From contig DASSED010000157.1 of the NCBI GenBank assembly GCA_035695405.1, positions 28,407 through 92,406 of the forward strand: a stretch of 64,000 nt of DNA, read 5' to 3'. Both the position numbers and the translations under genes were made by a program. Shown one piece after another: positions 17,907 through 27,915 of the stretch. This DNA is from Gemmatimonadales bacterium (lineage in GTDB: Bacteria; Gemmatimonadota; Gemmatimonadetes; Gemmatimonadales; GWC2-71-9). The notes beneath the pieces were generated by a model, which had not been told where the DNA came from, did no database searches, and saw nothing but the letters and a program-made list of their open reading frames with translations. The number at the start of each line of letters is the position of its first letter. The first letter of the stretch is position 1.

Positions 17907-19008
17907 GAAACAACTTCCCCAGCATACCGGTGTTCAAGACCGATTCGAAGGCGTGTCCCAGTTCCTCCATGCTGCCATACCGCCCGGCTGGGTCGACCGT
18001 CAGCGCCTTGCTGATCACCGCCTCCAGCTTGGCCGGGAGGTCTGCCCGCGCGTCTCGCAGCCGGAGCGGCGCTCCCCGCAATCGGGCTATCATCGTTTCC
18101 TGAGCGCTCTTCCCGGCGAATGGGAGCTGTCCGGTAAACAGCTCGAACGCGAGCACGGCGAGGGCATACACATCGCTACGCCCGTCGAGTGGCTTTCCCC
18201 GGATCTGCTCGGGGCTCATGAACTCCGGGGTGCCGAGGACGATGCCCGTAGCGGTGAGCTTCACCACGTCGGGACCTGCCCGACGCTCCTTGGCCAGTCC
18301 GAAATCCATCACTACCGCCCGGAAACCGGTAGGCATGGTGGGGTCGGGCACCAGCATCACGTTTTCCGGCTTCAGGTCACGATGAATGATCTGGAGGTCG
18401 TGAGCGTGGGCCAACCCGTGGCACACCTGAACCAGGAGCGGGATGCCATCGGCCACTGAAAACGGACCACGACGGGACTCGTGCTCGCTCAGCGGCTCGC
18501 CTTCCAGGTAAGGCATCACCAGGTAGATCAGATGCTCCGGGGTCTCCCCCAGCCGAAGAATGGGACAGACGTTGGGGTGATTGAGGCGGGTGGCAATGGT
18601 GGCTTCGCGGCGCAGGCGCTCCACCGAGGCGGGATCACGGGAGAGCCGGGGGATGAGGATCTTGACCGCGACCGCCTTCCCGGTTCCGATCTCCTGAGCC
18701 TGATAGACGTAGGACATGCCGCCTTCGCCCAGTTTCCGCGCGATCTGATAGCGCTGATCCAGCACTTGTCCCGTGAGCGACGCGACCCGCGCGTTCAGCT
18801 TCTCTTGAATCGCGCGCTCCTCGTCCCACTCCAGCGGGGGCCGGCCCTCCGCCGAATCGCGCGAGCGGTTCATCCGACCGGCCGGAACGACCGGAGCAGG
18901 GGCCTCGGCCGAGACGTCACTCTCGACCAGCAGCGATCCGTCTTTCACGCAGAACCGGGCGGGTGCGGCGTATGTGGATTGGCAGCGCGGGCAACGCCGG
19001 TTACTCAA
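17899..19008 (-). CDS. Ser/Thr protein kinase with N-terminal zinc-ribbon
   Basis: TTG start in a TTGA overlap with the upstream stop. CPRC..FCVKDG ribbon. Kinase motifs GEGGMSYVY, VAVK, HRDLKPEN, DFGLAK, SPEQ. Confidence 0.9.
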   Translation of the reverse strand: MSNRRCPRCQSTYAAPARFCVKDGSLLVESDVSAEAPAPVVPAGRMNRSRDSAEGRPPLEWDEERAIQEKLNARVASLTGQVLDQRYQIARKLGEGGMSYVYQAQEIGTGKAVAVKILIPRLSRDPASVERLRREATIATRLNHPNVCPILRLGETPEHLIYLVMPYLEGEPLSEHESRRGPFSVADGIPLLVQVCHGLAHAHDLQIIHRDLKPENVMLVPDPTMPTGFRAVVMDFGLAKERRAGPDVVKLTATGIVLGTPEFMSPEQIRGKPLDGRSDVYALAVLAFELFTGQLPFAGKSAQETMIARLRGAPLRLRDARADLPAKLEAVISKALTVDPAGRYGSMEELGHAFESVLNTGMLGKLFRR

Positions 19009-20435
19009 TCGCGGAACCGATTCCGGCCGTCGCTCTTGGCCCGGTACAGATGGGTATCCGCCAGCCGGAGGAGCGATTCACCGTCGCTCACCCGCTCGTC
19101 GGGATAGGATGCGATGCCGATGCTGATGGTCACTCGGACTGGCTTTCCCGGCTCGCCAAAGTCGTGGGTCGAGACCCGCCGCAGAATTCGCTCGGCGAAG
19201 TTCCGGGACTCGGCGCTGGTTGTCTCGGGCAGCAGGACCACGAACTCTTCGCCCCCGTAGCGCGCCACGATGTCGACGGAGCGCTGTTCCCGCTTCAACA
19301 GGTTGGCCAGCTGCTTCAACACCCGGTCGCCCACCAGATGGCCGTAGGTGTCGTTGATTTGCTTGAAGTTGTCGATGTCCACCATCATGCCGGTCAGCAT
19401 GGTGGCATAGCGGGCGGCCCGATCCATCTCCTGCTCCAGCTTGTCCATCATGGCGCGGCGGTTGAAGCAGTTGGTCAGCGGATCGGTCTCGGCCAGATGC
19501 CGCATCTGTTCCTGGCCCAGCACGGCGTTCTCCAAATCATACGCCCGCTCCAGGGCAGCCACCGCCGCGATGATCACCTCCTCGGCGAACTGCACATCGG
19601 TTTCATTGAGCGGCGGATCGTCACTGGTAGTGCGGAGGAAGAAGACGCCGGCGGGCCGCTCGCGCAGGGAAAATCGGATCGCGACGGCTGAGCTGGTCTG
19701 AACCGGCCGCCCCTCGGCCGACCACTCCTCCCGGACTTCCTCATACAGTGGATCGGTCTGGACATCCCGGACCAGAACGACCTCACCGGTCGTCATGGCG
19801 TGGCGGATTTCGGGATACCGTTTGAGCTCCACTGCAAGATTGTGTAGCGTCGGATTCTCGAAAGCGGCGACGACGATCCCGCTCTCCTCGTCCTGACCCG
19901 CGATGATGATGGAGCAGCGGGCGATGCTCAGAGCCTGCGCCACCCTTCGTACCAGAATCCCGTAGATCTCTTCCGGCTTGAGGGAGGCGGTAACCTCCTG
20001 CATGATGTCCATCATCTCGGAGCGGGATCGGGCCTCGGCTCGAGCCTGGTTCAATTCCCGTCCCACTCTCAGATGAGCCTTCACCCGGGCCAGCAGCTCT
20101 CGCACCCGGAACGGCTTGGGGATGAAATCGGCCGCCCCCAGGCCAAGTGACCGGACCGTGGCCTCTTCCGGCGGCATCGAGGAGATCATGAGCACCGGAA
20201 GATCCTTGAAGCGGGGATCGGACTTGACCCGCTGCAGCAGCTGGAGGCCGTCCACCTTGGGCATCATGATGTCGAGCAGCAGGAGATCGAACTGCTCCGC
20301 CGTCAGGTGCTCGAAGAGATGCTCGCCCCCGGGGGCGGTGAATACATCGTATCCATTTTCCTTGAGAATCCAGGAGAGCGTCCTTGAGAGGGCCTGATCG
20401 TCATCAGCTACCAGAATCTTGGGAGCGACGGTCAC
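19005..20435 (-). CDS. Response regulator receiver - GAF - GGDEF diguanylate cyclase
   Basis: KILVADDD.., LLLDIMMPKVDG, a central GAF-like region, and the GGDEF domain with RYGGEEF. Confidence 0.9.
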   Translation of the reverse strand: MTVAPKILVADDDQALSRTLSWILKENGYDVFTAPGGEHLFEHLTAEQFDLLLLDIMMPKVDGLQLLQRVKSDPRFKDLPVLMISSMPPEEATVRSLGLGAADFIPKPFRVRELLARVKAHLRVGRELNQARAEARSRSEMMDIMQEVTASLKPEEIYGILVRRVAQALSIARCSIIIAGQDEESGIVVAAFENPTLHNLAVELKRYPEIRHAMTTGEVVLVRDVQTDPLYEEVREEWSAEGRPVQTSSAVAIRFSLRERPAGVFFLRTTSDDPPLNETDVQFAEEVIIAAVAALERAYDLENAVLGQEQMRHLAETDPLTNCFNRRAMMDKLEQEMDRAARYATMLTGMMVDIDNFKQINDTYGHLVGDRVLKQLANLLKREQRSVDIVARYGGEEFVVLLPETTSAESRNFAERILRRVSTHDFGEPGKPVRVTISIGIASYPDERVSDGESLLRLADTHLYRAKSDGRNRFRD

Positions 20436-21442
20436 TGCCGCACCAGGCGCCGGAACAGATCGGGATCGACATTGCCGCCGCTGACCACCGCGACGGTCGA
20501 GTTGGTAGGTTGGACTTTGCCGCTCAGGAGAGCCGCTGTGGTGATGGCGCCCGACGGCTCGGCGGTGATTCCCAGCTCGTGGTGCAGGAAGCTCACACCG
20601 GCGGCAATCTCATCTTCGGTCAGCAGCACGGATTCATGCACCACACTGGACAGGATGGCAAAGGGAATGGTGCCGATGGCGAGCGGCAGCAGGCCGTCGG
20701 CCATGCTCTCGGTGCTCTCAAGCTGCACCGGTGTGCCCGCCTCCAGCGCCCGCGCGAGCTTGGGCGCTCCCACCGGCTCCACGCCGATGACCCTAACTCC
20801 AGGTTTGAGGGCGGAAACAGCCGCTGAGATTCCAGCGATCAGCCCGCCGCCGCCCACCGGTACCACGATGGTTTCGACCGATGGGCGATCCTCGAGTATC
20901 TCGAGGCCGCAGGTGCCCTGGCCGGCAATGACGTCGAGGCTCTCGTAGGGCGGTATCAGCACCAGGCCGCGCTCCTCCGCGATGAGCCGCGCCTTCTCAT
21001 GGCGTTCCGTGGTCCGATTTCCGGCGATCACCACCTCGCCGCCGAGACGCTTGACGCCCTCCACCTTGATAGCGGGAGCTCGTTCCGGCATGACTACGAC
21101 GGCGGGGATACCGAGCACCCGGGCGGCGTAGGCCACCGCTTGGCCGTGGTTCCCACTGGAGTAGGTGATGACTCCGGATTGCCGTCGCGATACGGGGAGT
21201 CGGGATATGGCCGCGTAGGCTCCCCGGATTTTGAATGCCCCGACTGGCTGCAGCTGCTCACACTTGAGCGCAATTGGAATACCCAGGCGCTTGGCCAGGG
21301 ACGGAGCATCGAGCAACGGCGTTCGTACGACTGTACCCTCGATGGCCTGGGCCGCCGCATGTATGGCCTCGAGCGACACGGCCGGCGGGGAATCCACGAC
21401 TCCCCTGGGCGCTGGGGCCCGGCTATCGGCGGCTGAGGTCAT
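20432..21442 (-). CDS. PLP-dependent threonine/serine dehydratase (threonine ammonia-lyase-like, short form)
   Basis: KCEQLQPVGAFKIRGA PLP-lysine motif, SSGNHGQAVAYAA, GGGGLIAG. GTGA overlap with the downstream regulator start. Confidence 0.85.
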   Translation of the reverse strand: MTSAADSRAPAPRGVVDSPPAVSLEAIHAAAQAIEGTVVRTPLLDAPSLAKRLGIPIALKCEQLQPVGAFKIRGAYAAISRLPVSRRQSGVITYSSGNHGQAVAYAARVLGIPAVVVMPERAPAIKVEGVKRLGGEVVIAGNRTTERHEKARLIAEERGLVLIPPYESLDVIAGQGTCGLEILEDRPSVETIVVPVGGGGLIAGISAAVSALKPGVRVIGVEPVGAPKLARALEAGTPVQLESTESMADGLLPLAIGTIPFAILSSVVHESVLLTEDEIAAGVSFLHHELGITAEPSGAITTAALLSGKVQPTNSTVAVVSGGNVDPDLFRRLVRQ

Positions 21443-21461
21443 CGATAATCATAAACGAGCC

Positions 21462-23957
21462 TCATTCGACCGCGGCAGTCGGGGTGACTTCGTCGCCGCC
21501 GGCGGCCTCCTCCGTTCCTCCTTCATCTTCCTTGACCACCCGGGCCACGTCGACGACGGCATCGCCGGAATCGAGGTTCATGACCTTGACCCCCTGGGTG
21601 TTGCGGCCGATGACCCGAATCCCATCGACCGGCAGCCGGATGATGACGCCGTGCCGGGTGATCATCATCAGCTCGTCATCGGGGATGACTTCCTTGAGCG
21701 CCACGATGGGTCCGGTCTTCTCGGTCTTCTTGAGCGTGATGATGCCTTTGCCACCCCGCTTCTGGACCCGGTAATCCGAGAGCTCCGAGCGCTTGCCGAA
21801 CCCCTTTTCGCTCACGACCAGCAGGGTAGCATCGCGGCGCACCACTACCATCCCGATCACCTCATCACCCTTTTCCAGCTCGATGCCTTTGACACCGGTG
21901 GTGGCGCGGCCCATGTCGCGCACGTCGCCCTGGTGGAAGCGGATGCTCATCCCGTCCTTGGTGGCGAGCACGATGTCACTGTTCTGATCGCAGACTTGGA
22001 CGTCGATCAGCTCGTCGCCCTTTTCGATGTTGATGCCGCAGATACCGTTAGCCCTGACGTTCCCGTAAGCGGATAGCACCGTCTTCTTCACGGTCCCCTG
22101 GCGGGTTGCGAAGATGAGGCACTTGTCGTCGGTGAATTCGCGCACCGGGACCAATGCGGCAATCTGCTCATCGGGCCGGATCGCGATACAGTTGACCACC
22201 GGCTTCCCCCGGGCCGCGCGGCCCGCTTGGGGTATCTCGTGCACCTTGAGCCAGTACACCTGACCCTTGTTGCTGAAGAACATCAGATAGTCATGGGTGC
22301 TGGCAATGAAGAGGTGCTCGACCCAATCGTCGGCCTTGAGGTCGGCGCCGTTGAGGCCCCGCCCGCCGCGGCGCTGCCGTTTGTAGGTGGTGATCGGGAT
22401 CCGCTTGATGTAGCCGCTGTGGGAGATGGTGATGACCATGTCCTCTTCGGCGATCAGGTCCTCGACCGTGAATTCCCCCTGGTCAGCCACGATCTCCGTG
22501 CGGCGGTCGTCTCCGAAGATGCGGGCGACTTCCTCCATCTCATCCTTGAGGATGGTCATGCGCTTGGGCTTCGATGCCAGGATTCCCTTGAGCTCCTTGA
22601 TCGTGGCTCGCACCTCCTTGAGCTCCGCCTCTAGCTTTTCGATCTCCAGTCCCGTCAGCTTGGCTAGACGCATGTTGAGGATGGCGTCGCTTTGCTTCTC
22701 GCTGAACCCGAACCGCTTGCGGAGCCTGGCGTCGGCCTGGGCGGTATCGTCCGAGCCCCGGATGATCTTGATGACTTCATCGATGTGGTCGACCGCGATC
22801 TTCAAGCCGTCGAGAATGTGCTCCCGCGCCTGAGCCGCCTCGAGATCGAACTGGGTCCGCCGGGTGATGACGCTGTGCCGATGATCGATGAAGTGCTGCA
22901 GCAGCTCCTTCAGGTTCATGATCTTGGGGGCGCCGTTCGTTAGCGCCAGCATGATCACCCCGAAGGTGGTTTGCATCTGGGTGTGCTTGTACAGCTGATT
23001 GAGCACGACGTTGGGAATGATGTCGCGCTTCAGCTCGATGACGATCCGCATCCCCTCCTTGTCCGACTCGTCGTTGATCCCTACGATCCCCTCGATTTTC
23101 TTTTCCGCCGCCAGCTCGGCGATGGCCTTGACCAGATTCTCCTTGTTGACCTGATAGGGGATCTCGGTCACCACGATCTGCGAGCGGTTACTGGTCTCCT
23201 TTTCCTCGATCTGTGCCCGGGCCCGCATGACCACGCGGCCTCTTCCGGTCTCGTAGGCTTCCTTGATGCCCTCCCGGCCATAGATGTAGGCGCCGGTCGG
23301 GAAGTCGGGCCCCTTAATGGCCTTGCGCAGCTCGCCGATAGTGGCGTCGGGGTTGTCGACCAGCAGCTGCACCGCCTTCACAACTTCGCGGAGGTTGTGC
23401 GGAGGGATGTTGGTGGCCATACCCACGGCGATGCCGCTGGATCCATTTACCAACAAATTGGGAATCTTCGATGGCAGGACCGTGGGTTCCTGCAGCCGGT
23501 CGTCGAAGTTGGCCTGGAAATCGACCGTGTTCTTGTCGATGTCCTCCAACATCGTCATGGCGATGCGAGTCAGCCTGGCTTCGGTGTAGCGGTATGCGGC
23601 CGCCGGATCGCCGTCGACTGAGCCGAAGTTTCCCTGTCCATCGACCAGGGGGTAGCGCAGCGAGAACTCCTGGACCATGCGCACCAGCGCGTCGTACACC
23701 GAGCCATCCCCATGGGGGTGGTACTTTCCCAGCACGTCTCCCACGACCGTGGCCGACTTCTTGTAGCCGCGTCCCGGCACCAATCCCAATTCGTTCATGG
23801 CATACAAAATCCGCCGATGCACCGGCTTCAGGCCGTCGCGTACGTCGGGCAGAGCGCGCGAGACGATGACGCTCATCGAGTAGTTGATGAACGACTGCTG
23901 CATCTCCTCTTCGATGAGCCGGGGCAGAATCCGTTCGCGCGAGTTCGGTGCGGTCAT
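21462..23957 (-). CDS. gyrA: DNA gyrase subunit A
   Basis: AMNELGL.., [18 protein letters not shown], the GyrA box (QKRGGKG) and C-terminal beta-pinwheel repeats. Confidence 0.95.
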   Translation of the reverse strand: MTAPNSRERILPRLIEEEMQQSFINYSMSVIVSRALPDVRDGLKPVHRRILYAMNELGLVPGRGYKKSATVVGDVLGKYHPHGDGSVYDALVRMVQEFSLRYPLVDGQGNFGSVDGDPAAAYRYTEARLTRIAMTMLEDIDKNTVDFQANFDDRLQEPTVLPSKIPNLLVNGSSGIAVGMATNIPPHNLREVVKAVQLLVDNPDATIGELRKAIKGPDFPTGAYIYGREGIKEAYETGRGRVVMRARAQIEEKETSNRSQIVVTEIPYQVNKENLVKAIAELAAEKKIEGIVGINDESDKEGMRIVIELKRDIIPNVVLNQLYKHTQMQTTFGVIMLALTNGAPKIMNLKELLQHFIDHRHSVITRRTQFDLEAAQAREHILDGLKIAVDHIDEVIKIIRGSDDTAQADARLRKRFGFSEKQSDAILNMRLAKLTGLEIEKLEAELKEVRATIKELKGILASKPKRMTILKDEMEEVARIFGDDRRTEIVADQGEFTVEDLIAEEDMVITISHSGYIKRIPITTYKRQRRGGRGLNGADLKADDWVEHLFIASTHDYLMFFSNKGQVYWLKVHEIPQAGRAARGKPVVNCIAIRPDEQIAALVPVREFTDDKCLIFATRQGTVKKTVLSAYGNVRANGICGINIEKGDELIDVQVCDQNSDIVLATKDGMSIRFHQGDVRDMGRATTGVKGIELEKGDEVIGMVVVRRDATLLVVSEKGFGKRSELSDYRVQKRGGKGIITLKKTEKTGPIVALKEVIPDDELMMITRHGVIIRLPVDGIRVIGRNTQGVKVMNLDSGDAVVDVARVVKEDEGGTEEAAGGDEVTPTAAVE

Positions 23958-24147
23958 GGTGGTCCTGTGCTATGGTTGCAGCCTTGGGGGAGGCGTCGAG
24001 CCGGAGAAATATAGTCGGAACGAAGCTCTCGCTGCAACTCGGCGCACAGGGTCAAAATGAAGGTGGCACAAGCACTTAGTCCTACAGGTGCGGTCGGGTC
24101 CGGGAGCCCTCAAGACGGGGTCGCCGCAGGACGATACTTACAGCACT

Positions 24148-24834
24148 ATGCCCCGAGCCGCGCGTCTCCTTCTCCTGGCCCTGATCGTCGGGTCCCGCAG
24201 CCTTTCGGCCCAGGCGAAAGCCCAACCGCAGCCGCCTTCCCGTGGGTTCGACAGCTTCATCATGCTGGTGGTGCCGCGAGATACCATCACCATCAAGCGT
24301 CAACTCCGCGCGGCCGCTGAGGCGGTCACTCAGGCCGAAAGTCGCCGGCAGCAGGCCGAGACCATGCGACTCGGTGCCCGAGGCAGCATCGAAGCGAAAA
24401 AGGTCGAAGTGACCCGTCTCAAGGAGCGGATCAACCTGGCCAAGAAGGAGAATCGCGAGGCCGATCGGCTGGGTCTCGAGGCGGAGCGGAAGGCTGCGGA
24501 ACGGGAGCGGGGATTGCTGGAACGGCGGGAAGAGCTACGTCAGGCTGAAGGTGACCTCGAAGCCACCCGGGGGGAGCTGGCCACCCTTACCCAGAAGGCA
24601 TTACAACTGGAGTTGCAGCTCGCGGTTCGACGGGCTGGCCGCTTGCGCACCCCAATCGGCGGCGCGGGAGGAGCGAGTCTGGATCGAGTCATAGGAGAGC
24701 TGGAAAAGCAGACCCTGGAAGCCCAGCGGGCCCAGTCGGCGTACGCGCCAGTGGTGGCGGACCGCGAGATCAAGGTGATTGACAGCCGGTTGGATCTCCT
24801 GGAAGCACAGCAGAAAATCCTGGGCGGCGATTAG
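24148..24834 (+). CDS. Secreted coiled-coil protein, function unknown
   Basis: ATG 24148 gives the signal peptide MPRAARLLLLALIVGSRSLSAQA. The rest is E/R/K/L-rich heptad-like sequence. Confidence 0.55.
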   Translation: MPRAARLLLLALIVGSRSLSAQAKAQPQPPSRGFDSFIMLVVPRDTITIKRQLRAAAEAVTQAESRRQQAETMRLGARGSIEAKKVEVTRLKERINLAKKENREADRLGLEAERKAAERERGLLERREELRQAEGDLEATRGELATLTQKALQLELQLAVRRAGRLRTPIGGAGGASLDRVIGELEKQTLEAQRAQSAYAPVVADREIKVIDSRLDLLEAQQKILGGD

Positions 24835-24837
24835 TCC

Positions 24838-25026
24838 TTACGCTGCCGTCGCGCGTTCCCCAAAGTTCGGCCAAACTCCCATTTCATTTCGTACCAGAAG
24901 CACCGTCTCGGCCCCCCGGCCCAGTACCGGAATAGATACCGGCTGCCGAATCTCCCCGATGGCAGACCCCTCGCCGTCCATCACTCGATAAATCGTCATT
25001 GGGTTCCACGCGGTGAGTCTGACCAT
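24838..25026 (-). CDS. 62-aa ORF, possibly a remnant or stand-alone blade of the lipoprotein family at 31495/32616
   Basis: GAGGG lies 9 nt upstream of the ATG. TIYRVMDGEGSAIGEIRQP..VLGRGAETVLLV resembles the C-terminal RRYHVVDRRGQLVEEIHLQ..ILAIGLNSAMVVV. Third-position GC is lower than in neighbouring genes. Confidence 0.25.
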   Translation of the reverse strand: MVRLTAWNPMTIYRVMDGEGSAIGEIRQPVSIPVLGRGAETVLLVRNEMGVWPNFGERATAA

Positions 25027-25164
25027 GGTAGTGCCCTCACGTCGTATGATTCACTGTTGAAGCAACTTTCCATCCGGCAACGTACCATGAGATGCTCTCA
25101 ATCCCCGGAAGGTTGCCTCCACTTCCGGGGTCCATCCGCGAGGGCAGTTAGCAACCAAAACCGG

Positions 25165-25752
25165 ATGGAGTATGTCAGAGATGCGGTTCGAATCCACGAC
25201 CTTACGCTCCGGAGACGGGTGGACGACAAGGAATTGATTGCCCGAGTCTTGGAGGGGGATCCGAGCGCCGAGCGGCGGCTGTACGACGCGCACGTCGATC
25301 GGGTCTTCCGGCTGGTCTACCGGATGGCCGGCGACCTGGACCGGGCCAAGGATTACACCCAGGAGACCTTCATCCGGGCGTTTTCGCGGCTGGCCGATTT
25401 TCGAGGGGAAGCGGCGCTGTCAACCTGGCTTGGCTCCATCGCCATTTCCGTCGCGCTCAATGGCTTGAGAAAGGTTCGCCGAATGAGAGACCGAGAAGTT
25501 GCCCTGGATGAGGCTCCCCAGATGGGCCGGCTCTCGGTGGAAGCTGAGCCGGACCTGAAGACCCGGCTGGCGCAGGCGATCGATGGCCTTCCCGATGGGT
25601 ACCGGGCGGTGTTCGTGATGCATGATGTGGAGGGCTATACCCATGAGGAGATCGCCAGCTCGCTCGGGGTCCACCCGGGGACCTCGAAGGCTCAACTGTT
25701 CCGGGCTCGGGCCCGGCTGCGAGAGGCTCTCGCTGACTTCGCGAAGGACTGA
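25165..25752 (+). CDS. ECF-type RNA polymerase sigma factor
   Basis: Region 2 (RLYDAHVDRVFRLVYRMAGD..AKDYTQETFIRAF) and region 4 (DGYRAVFVMHDVEGYTHEEIASSLG..GTSKAQLFRAR). The start could lie up to 25057. Confidence 0.85.
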   Translation: MEYVRDAVRIHDLTLRRRVDDKELIARVLEGDPSAERRLYDAHVDRVFRLVYRMAGDLDRAKDYTQETFIRAFSRLADFRGEAALSTWLGSIAISVALNGLRKVRRMRDREVALDEAPQMGRLSVEAEPDLKTRLAQAIDGLPDGYRAVFVMHDVEGYTHEEIASSLGVHPGTSKAQLFRARARLREALADFAKD

Positions 25753-25757
25753 CAGGC

Positions 25758-26405
25758 ATGCTTGACGATCGGTTCGACGACCAGCTGCGGGATGCGGCCC
25801 GCGATTACAACGCACCGCCGGAGACGCCGCGTGACGAGATCTGGGATCGGATTGTGGCTGCTCGTACGGATAGAGCGGACGAATCGGAAAAAGCGGTCCG
25901 CTCCGTTCGTTACTTCCGCCCGCTCGCACTCGCCGCGGGGATCGCGGCGCTGCTGGGGCTGGGCGTCGAGTTGGGCCGGCTGACCGTTCACACCCCGCAG
26001 CCGGTGGCGGTTGCCCCCTCGGCTGTGATGACTCCCAAGGTGAGTGCCGCTGCTTACCAACTCGCCACCACTGAGCATCTGGGCCAGGCCGAGATCTTTC
26101 TGACACTCTTTCGGGCATCCGTGCGCCAGGACGGGGGCGGCAACGAGCGCCTGGCCTCTGCCACCGCCCGAGAGCTGCTGGCCAGCAACCGTCTGTTGCT
26201 CGACTCTCCAGCGGCCAAGGATGCGCGGACCCGAGCGCTGCTCCAGGACCTGGAGCTGGTCCTGGCCGAGATCGCGCAGCTGTCGCCGCAACCCAGGTCG
26301 CGTGACCTGGAGTTGATCAAGGAAGGTTTGGACCAGGGAGGAGTCATCTCCCGACTGAGAATTGCCGTCCCTGCCGGCGGCAGCACAACCCAAGGAGCAC
26401 TCTGA
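25758..26405 (+). CDS. Putative anti-sigma factor (single-pass membrane protein)
   Basis: Starts 5 nt after the sigma gene. Short cytoplasmic N-terminus, one TM segment (LALAAGIAALLGLGV) and a periplasmic domain. Confidence 0.5.
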   Translation: MLDDRFDDQLRDAARDYNAPPETPRDEIWDRIVAARTDRADESEKAVRSVRYFRPLALAAGIAALLGLGVELGRLTVHTPQPVAVAPSAVMTPKVSAAAYQLATTEHLGQAEIFLTLFRASVRQDGGGNERLASATARELLASNRLLLDSPAAKDARTRALLQDLELVLAEIAQLSPQPRSRDLELIKEGLDQGGVISRLRIAVPAGGSTTQGAL

Positions 26406-26406
26406 A

Positions 26407-27909
26407 ATGTTCTGGGCCCACGTTGGACTCGCTGTGGCCGCGTTCGGCTCTTTAAAAGGTGGATCCACCAGCCGACCGACGTTGGCTGCTGCACCGATCG
26501 CTTCGTTGGCGGCGTTGGATGACTCGATGCGAGTCTCCCCACCGCCGCCTTGGCTGCAGTCGGACCCTGCGGATTCTCTCTATCGCTCGGGACGTGAGGC
26601 TCTCAACCGGCGGGACTTCAGCGCCGCGGCCGATCTCTTCGGCCAGATTCATCGCCGGTTTCCCAAGTCCGGATATGCGGCCGACGCCCTCTATTGGCAC
26701 GCATTCGCCTTGTATCGAATCGGTGGCACCGGTGCCCTGCACGAGGCCTTAGGGTTGCTCCGACAGCGACAGAGTCGCTTCCCCAGGGCCGGCTCCCAAG
26801 GCGATGCGGCCTCGCTGGAGGGACGGATCCAGGGCGAACTGGCCCGGCGGGGTGACAGCCAGGCAGCCGAAGCGGTGGCCGAAGCCGCCTCTGCGGCCGC
26901 CGTTCAAGTCCCCGGTCCACCTACGCCACCTACGCCACCTACGCCACCTACGCCGCCCACGCCGCCAAATCCCCCGGTACCGCCGGAACCCCGGGCAAAG
27001 GAGAAGGGATTTCGGGAGCGCGACAAGTGCGCCGAGTTGGACGACGACATGAAGCTCGCGGCCCTCAACGCCCTGCAGCAGATGGACGCGGCCAAGGCTC
27101 GCCCGGTCCTCCGGAAAGTGCTGGCGCGGCGCGACCCGGGCTCCGTCTGCTTGCGGCGCAAAGCGGTGTTCCTCATCGCCCAACAAGAGGAGCCGGGCAC
27201 CGAGGATATCCTGCTGGAATCGGTACGGACCGATCCGGATTCGGATGTTCGGCGTCAGGCGGTCTTCTGGCTCTCGCAGGTCGGCACCGATCGCGCGGTA
27301 GGAGCGCTGGACTCGATCCTCCGGTTTTCCCAGGACGCCGATATCCAGGACAAGGCCGTCTTCGCCTTGTCGCAGCACGACAGTCCTCGCGCGCAGCAGG
27401 CGCTGAGAGCTTACGCCGAACGCTCAGAGATCCCCGAGCGCATGAGGGAAAAGGCCATCTTCTGGCTGGGTCAGAAAGGATCAGCCGACAACGCAGCCTT
27501 CCTGCGTGCACTGTACAGCCGGCTCCAGAGCCAGGAGCTCAAGAAGAAGGTCCTCTTTTCATTGTCGCAGATGGGTGGTGAGGTGAATGGTCGCTGGTTG
27601 CTCGGGGTGGCACGGGATAGCTCTCAGACTCTGGAAATGAGGAAGCAAGCGCTCTTCTGGGCCGGTCAGAGCGGAGTCTCCATCGACGAGTTGACCCGGC
27701 TTTACGACCGCATCGGAGATCGCGAGATGAAGGAGCAGCTCGTCTTTGTCTACTCCCAGCGGGACGAGCCGGCGGCGCTCGACAAGCTGATCGACATCGC
27801 GAAACGGGATTCCAGCGCTGACCTGCGCAAGCGGGCGCTCTTCTGGCTGGGCCAATCCGAGGACAGCCGCGCGGTGAAGGCCCTGCAGGAAATCATCGAG
27901 CAACCCTGA
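26407..27909 (+). CDS. Secreted TPR + proline-rich linker + HEAT-repeat protein
   Basis: ATG lies 1 nt after the upstream stop. At least seven repeats of the (R/K)xA(V/L)FWL(S/G)Q... type and a PTPPTPPTPPTPPTPPNPPVPPEP linker. Confidence 0.8.
   Translation: MFWAHVGLAVAAFGSLKGGSTSRPTLAAAPIASLAALDDSMRVSPPPPWLQSDPADSLYRSGREALNRRDFSAAADLFGQIHRRFPKSGYAADALYWHAFALYRIGGTGALHEALGLLRQRQSRFPRAGSQGDAASLEGRIQGELARRGDSQAAEAVAEAASAAAVQVPGPPTPPTPPTPPTPPTPPNPPVPPEPRAKEKGFRERDKCAELDDDMKLAALNALQQMDAAKARPVLRKVLARRDPGSVCLRRKAVFLIAQQEEPGTEDILLESVRTDPDSDVRRQAVFWLSQVGTDRAVGALDSILRFSQDADIQDKAVFALSQHDSPRAQQALRAYAERSEIPERMREKAIFWLGQKGSADNAAFLRALYSRLQSQELKKKVLFSLSQMGGEVNGRWLLGVARDSSQTLEMRKQALFWAGQSGVSIDELTRLYDRIGDREMKEQLVFVYSQRDEPAALDKLIDIAKRDSSADLRKRALFWLGQSEDSRAVKALQEIIEQP
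26917..26961 (+). repeat. In-frame 9-nt tandem repeat CCACCTACG x4 plus one degenerate copy (encodes PPT repeats)
   Basis: Read directly from 26917-26952 (perfect copies) and 26953-26961 (CCGCCCACG). Confidence 0.85.
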
Positions 27910-27915
27910 GCGGCC

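Noticed and set aside
24064-24080. TGGCAC-N5-CTTAG upstream of the coiled-coil gene, as a possible sigma-54 promoter
   Set aside because: The -12 element lacks the GC dinucleotide at the required GG-N10-GC spacing.
25185-25195. GGTTCGAATCC, a canonical tRNA T-loop string
   Set aside because: The flanks cannot form a T-stem (TGCGG versus CCACG), and no acceptor, D or anticodon arms can be drawn. It lies inside the ECF sigma coding frame (..AVRIHDL..).
26917-26961. Tandem 9-nt repeats (and the GCGGAA arrays at 17650-17906) considered as possible CRISPR-like arrays
   Set aside because: The units are far too short and contiguous, with no spacers. The first set is in-frame coding for a PPT linker. 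No cas genes are present.
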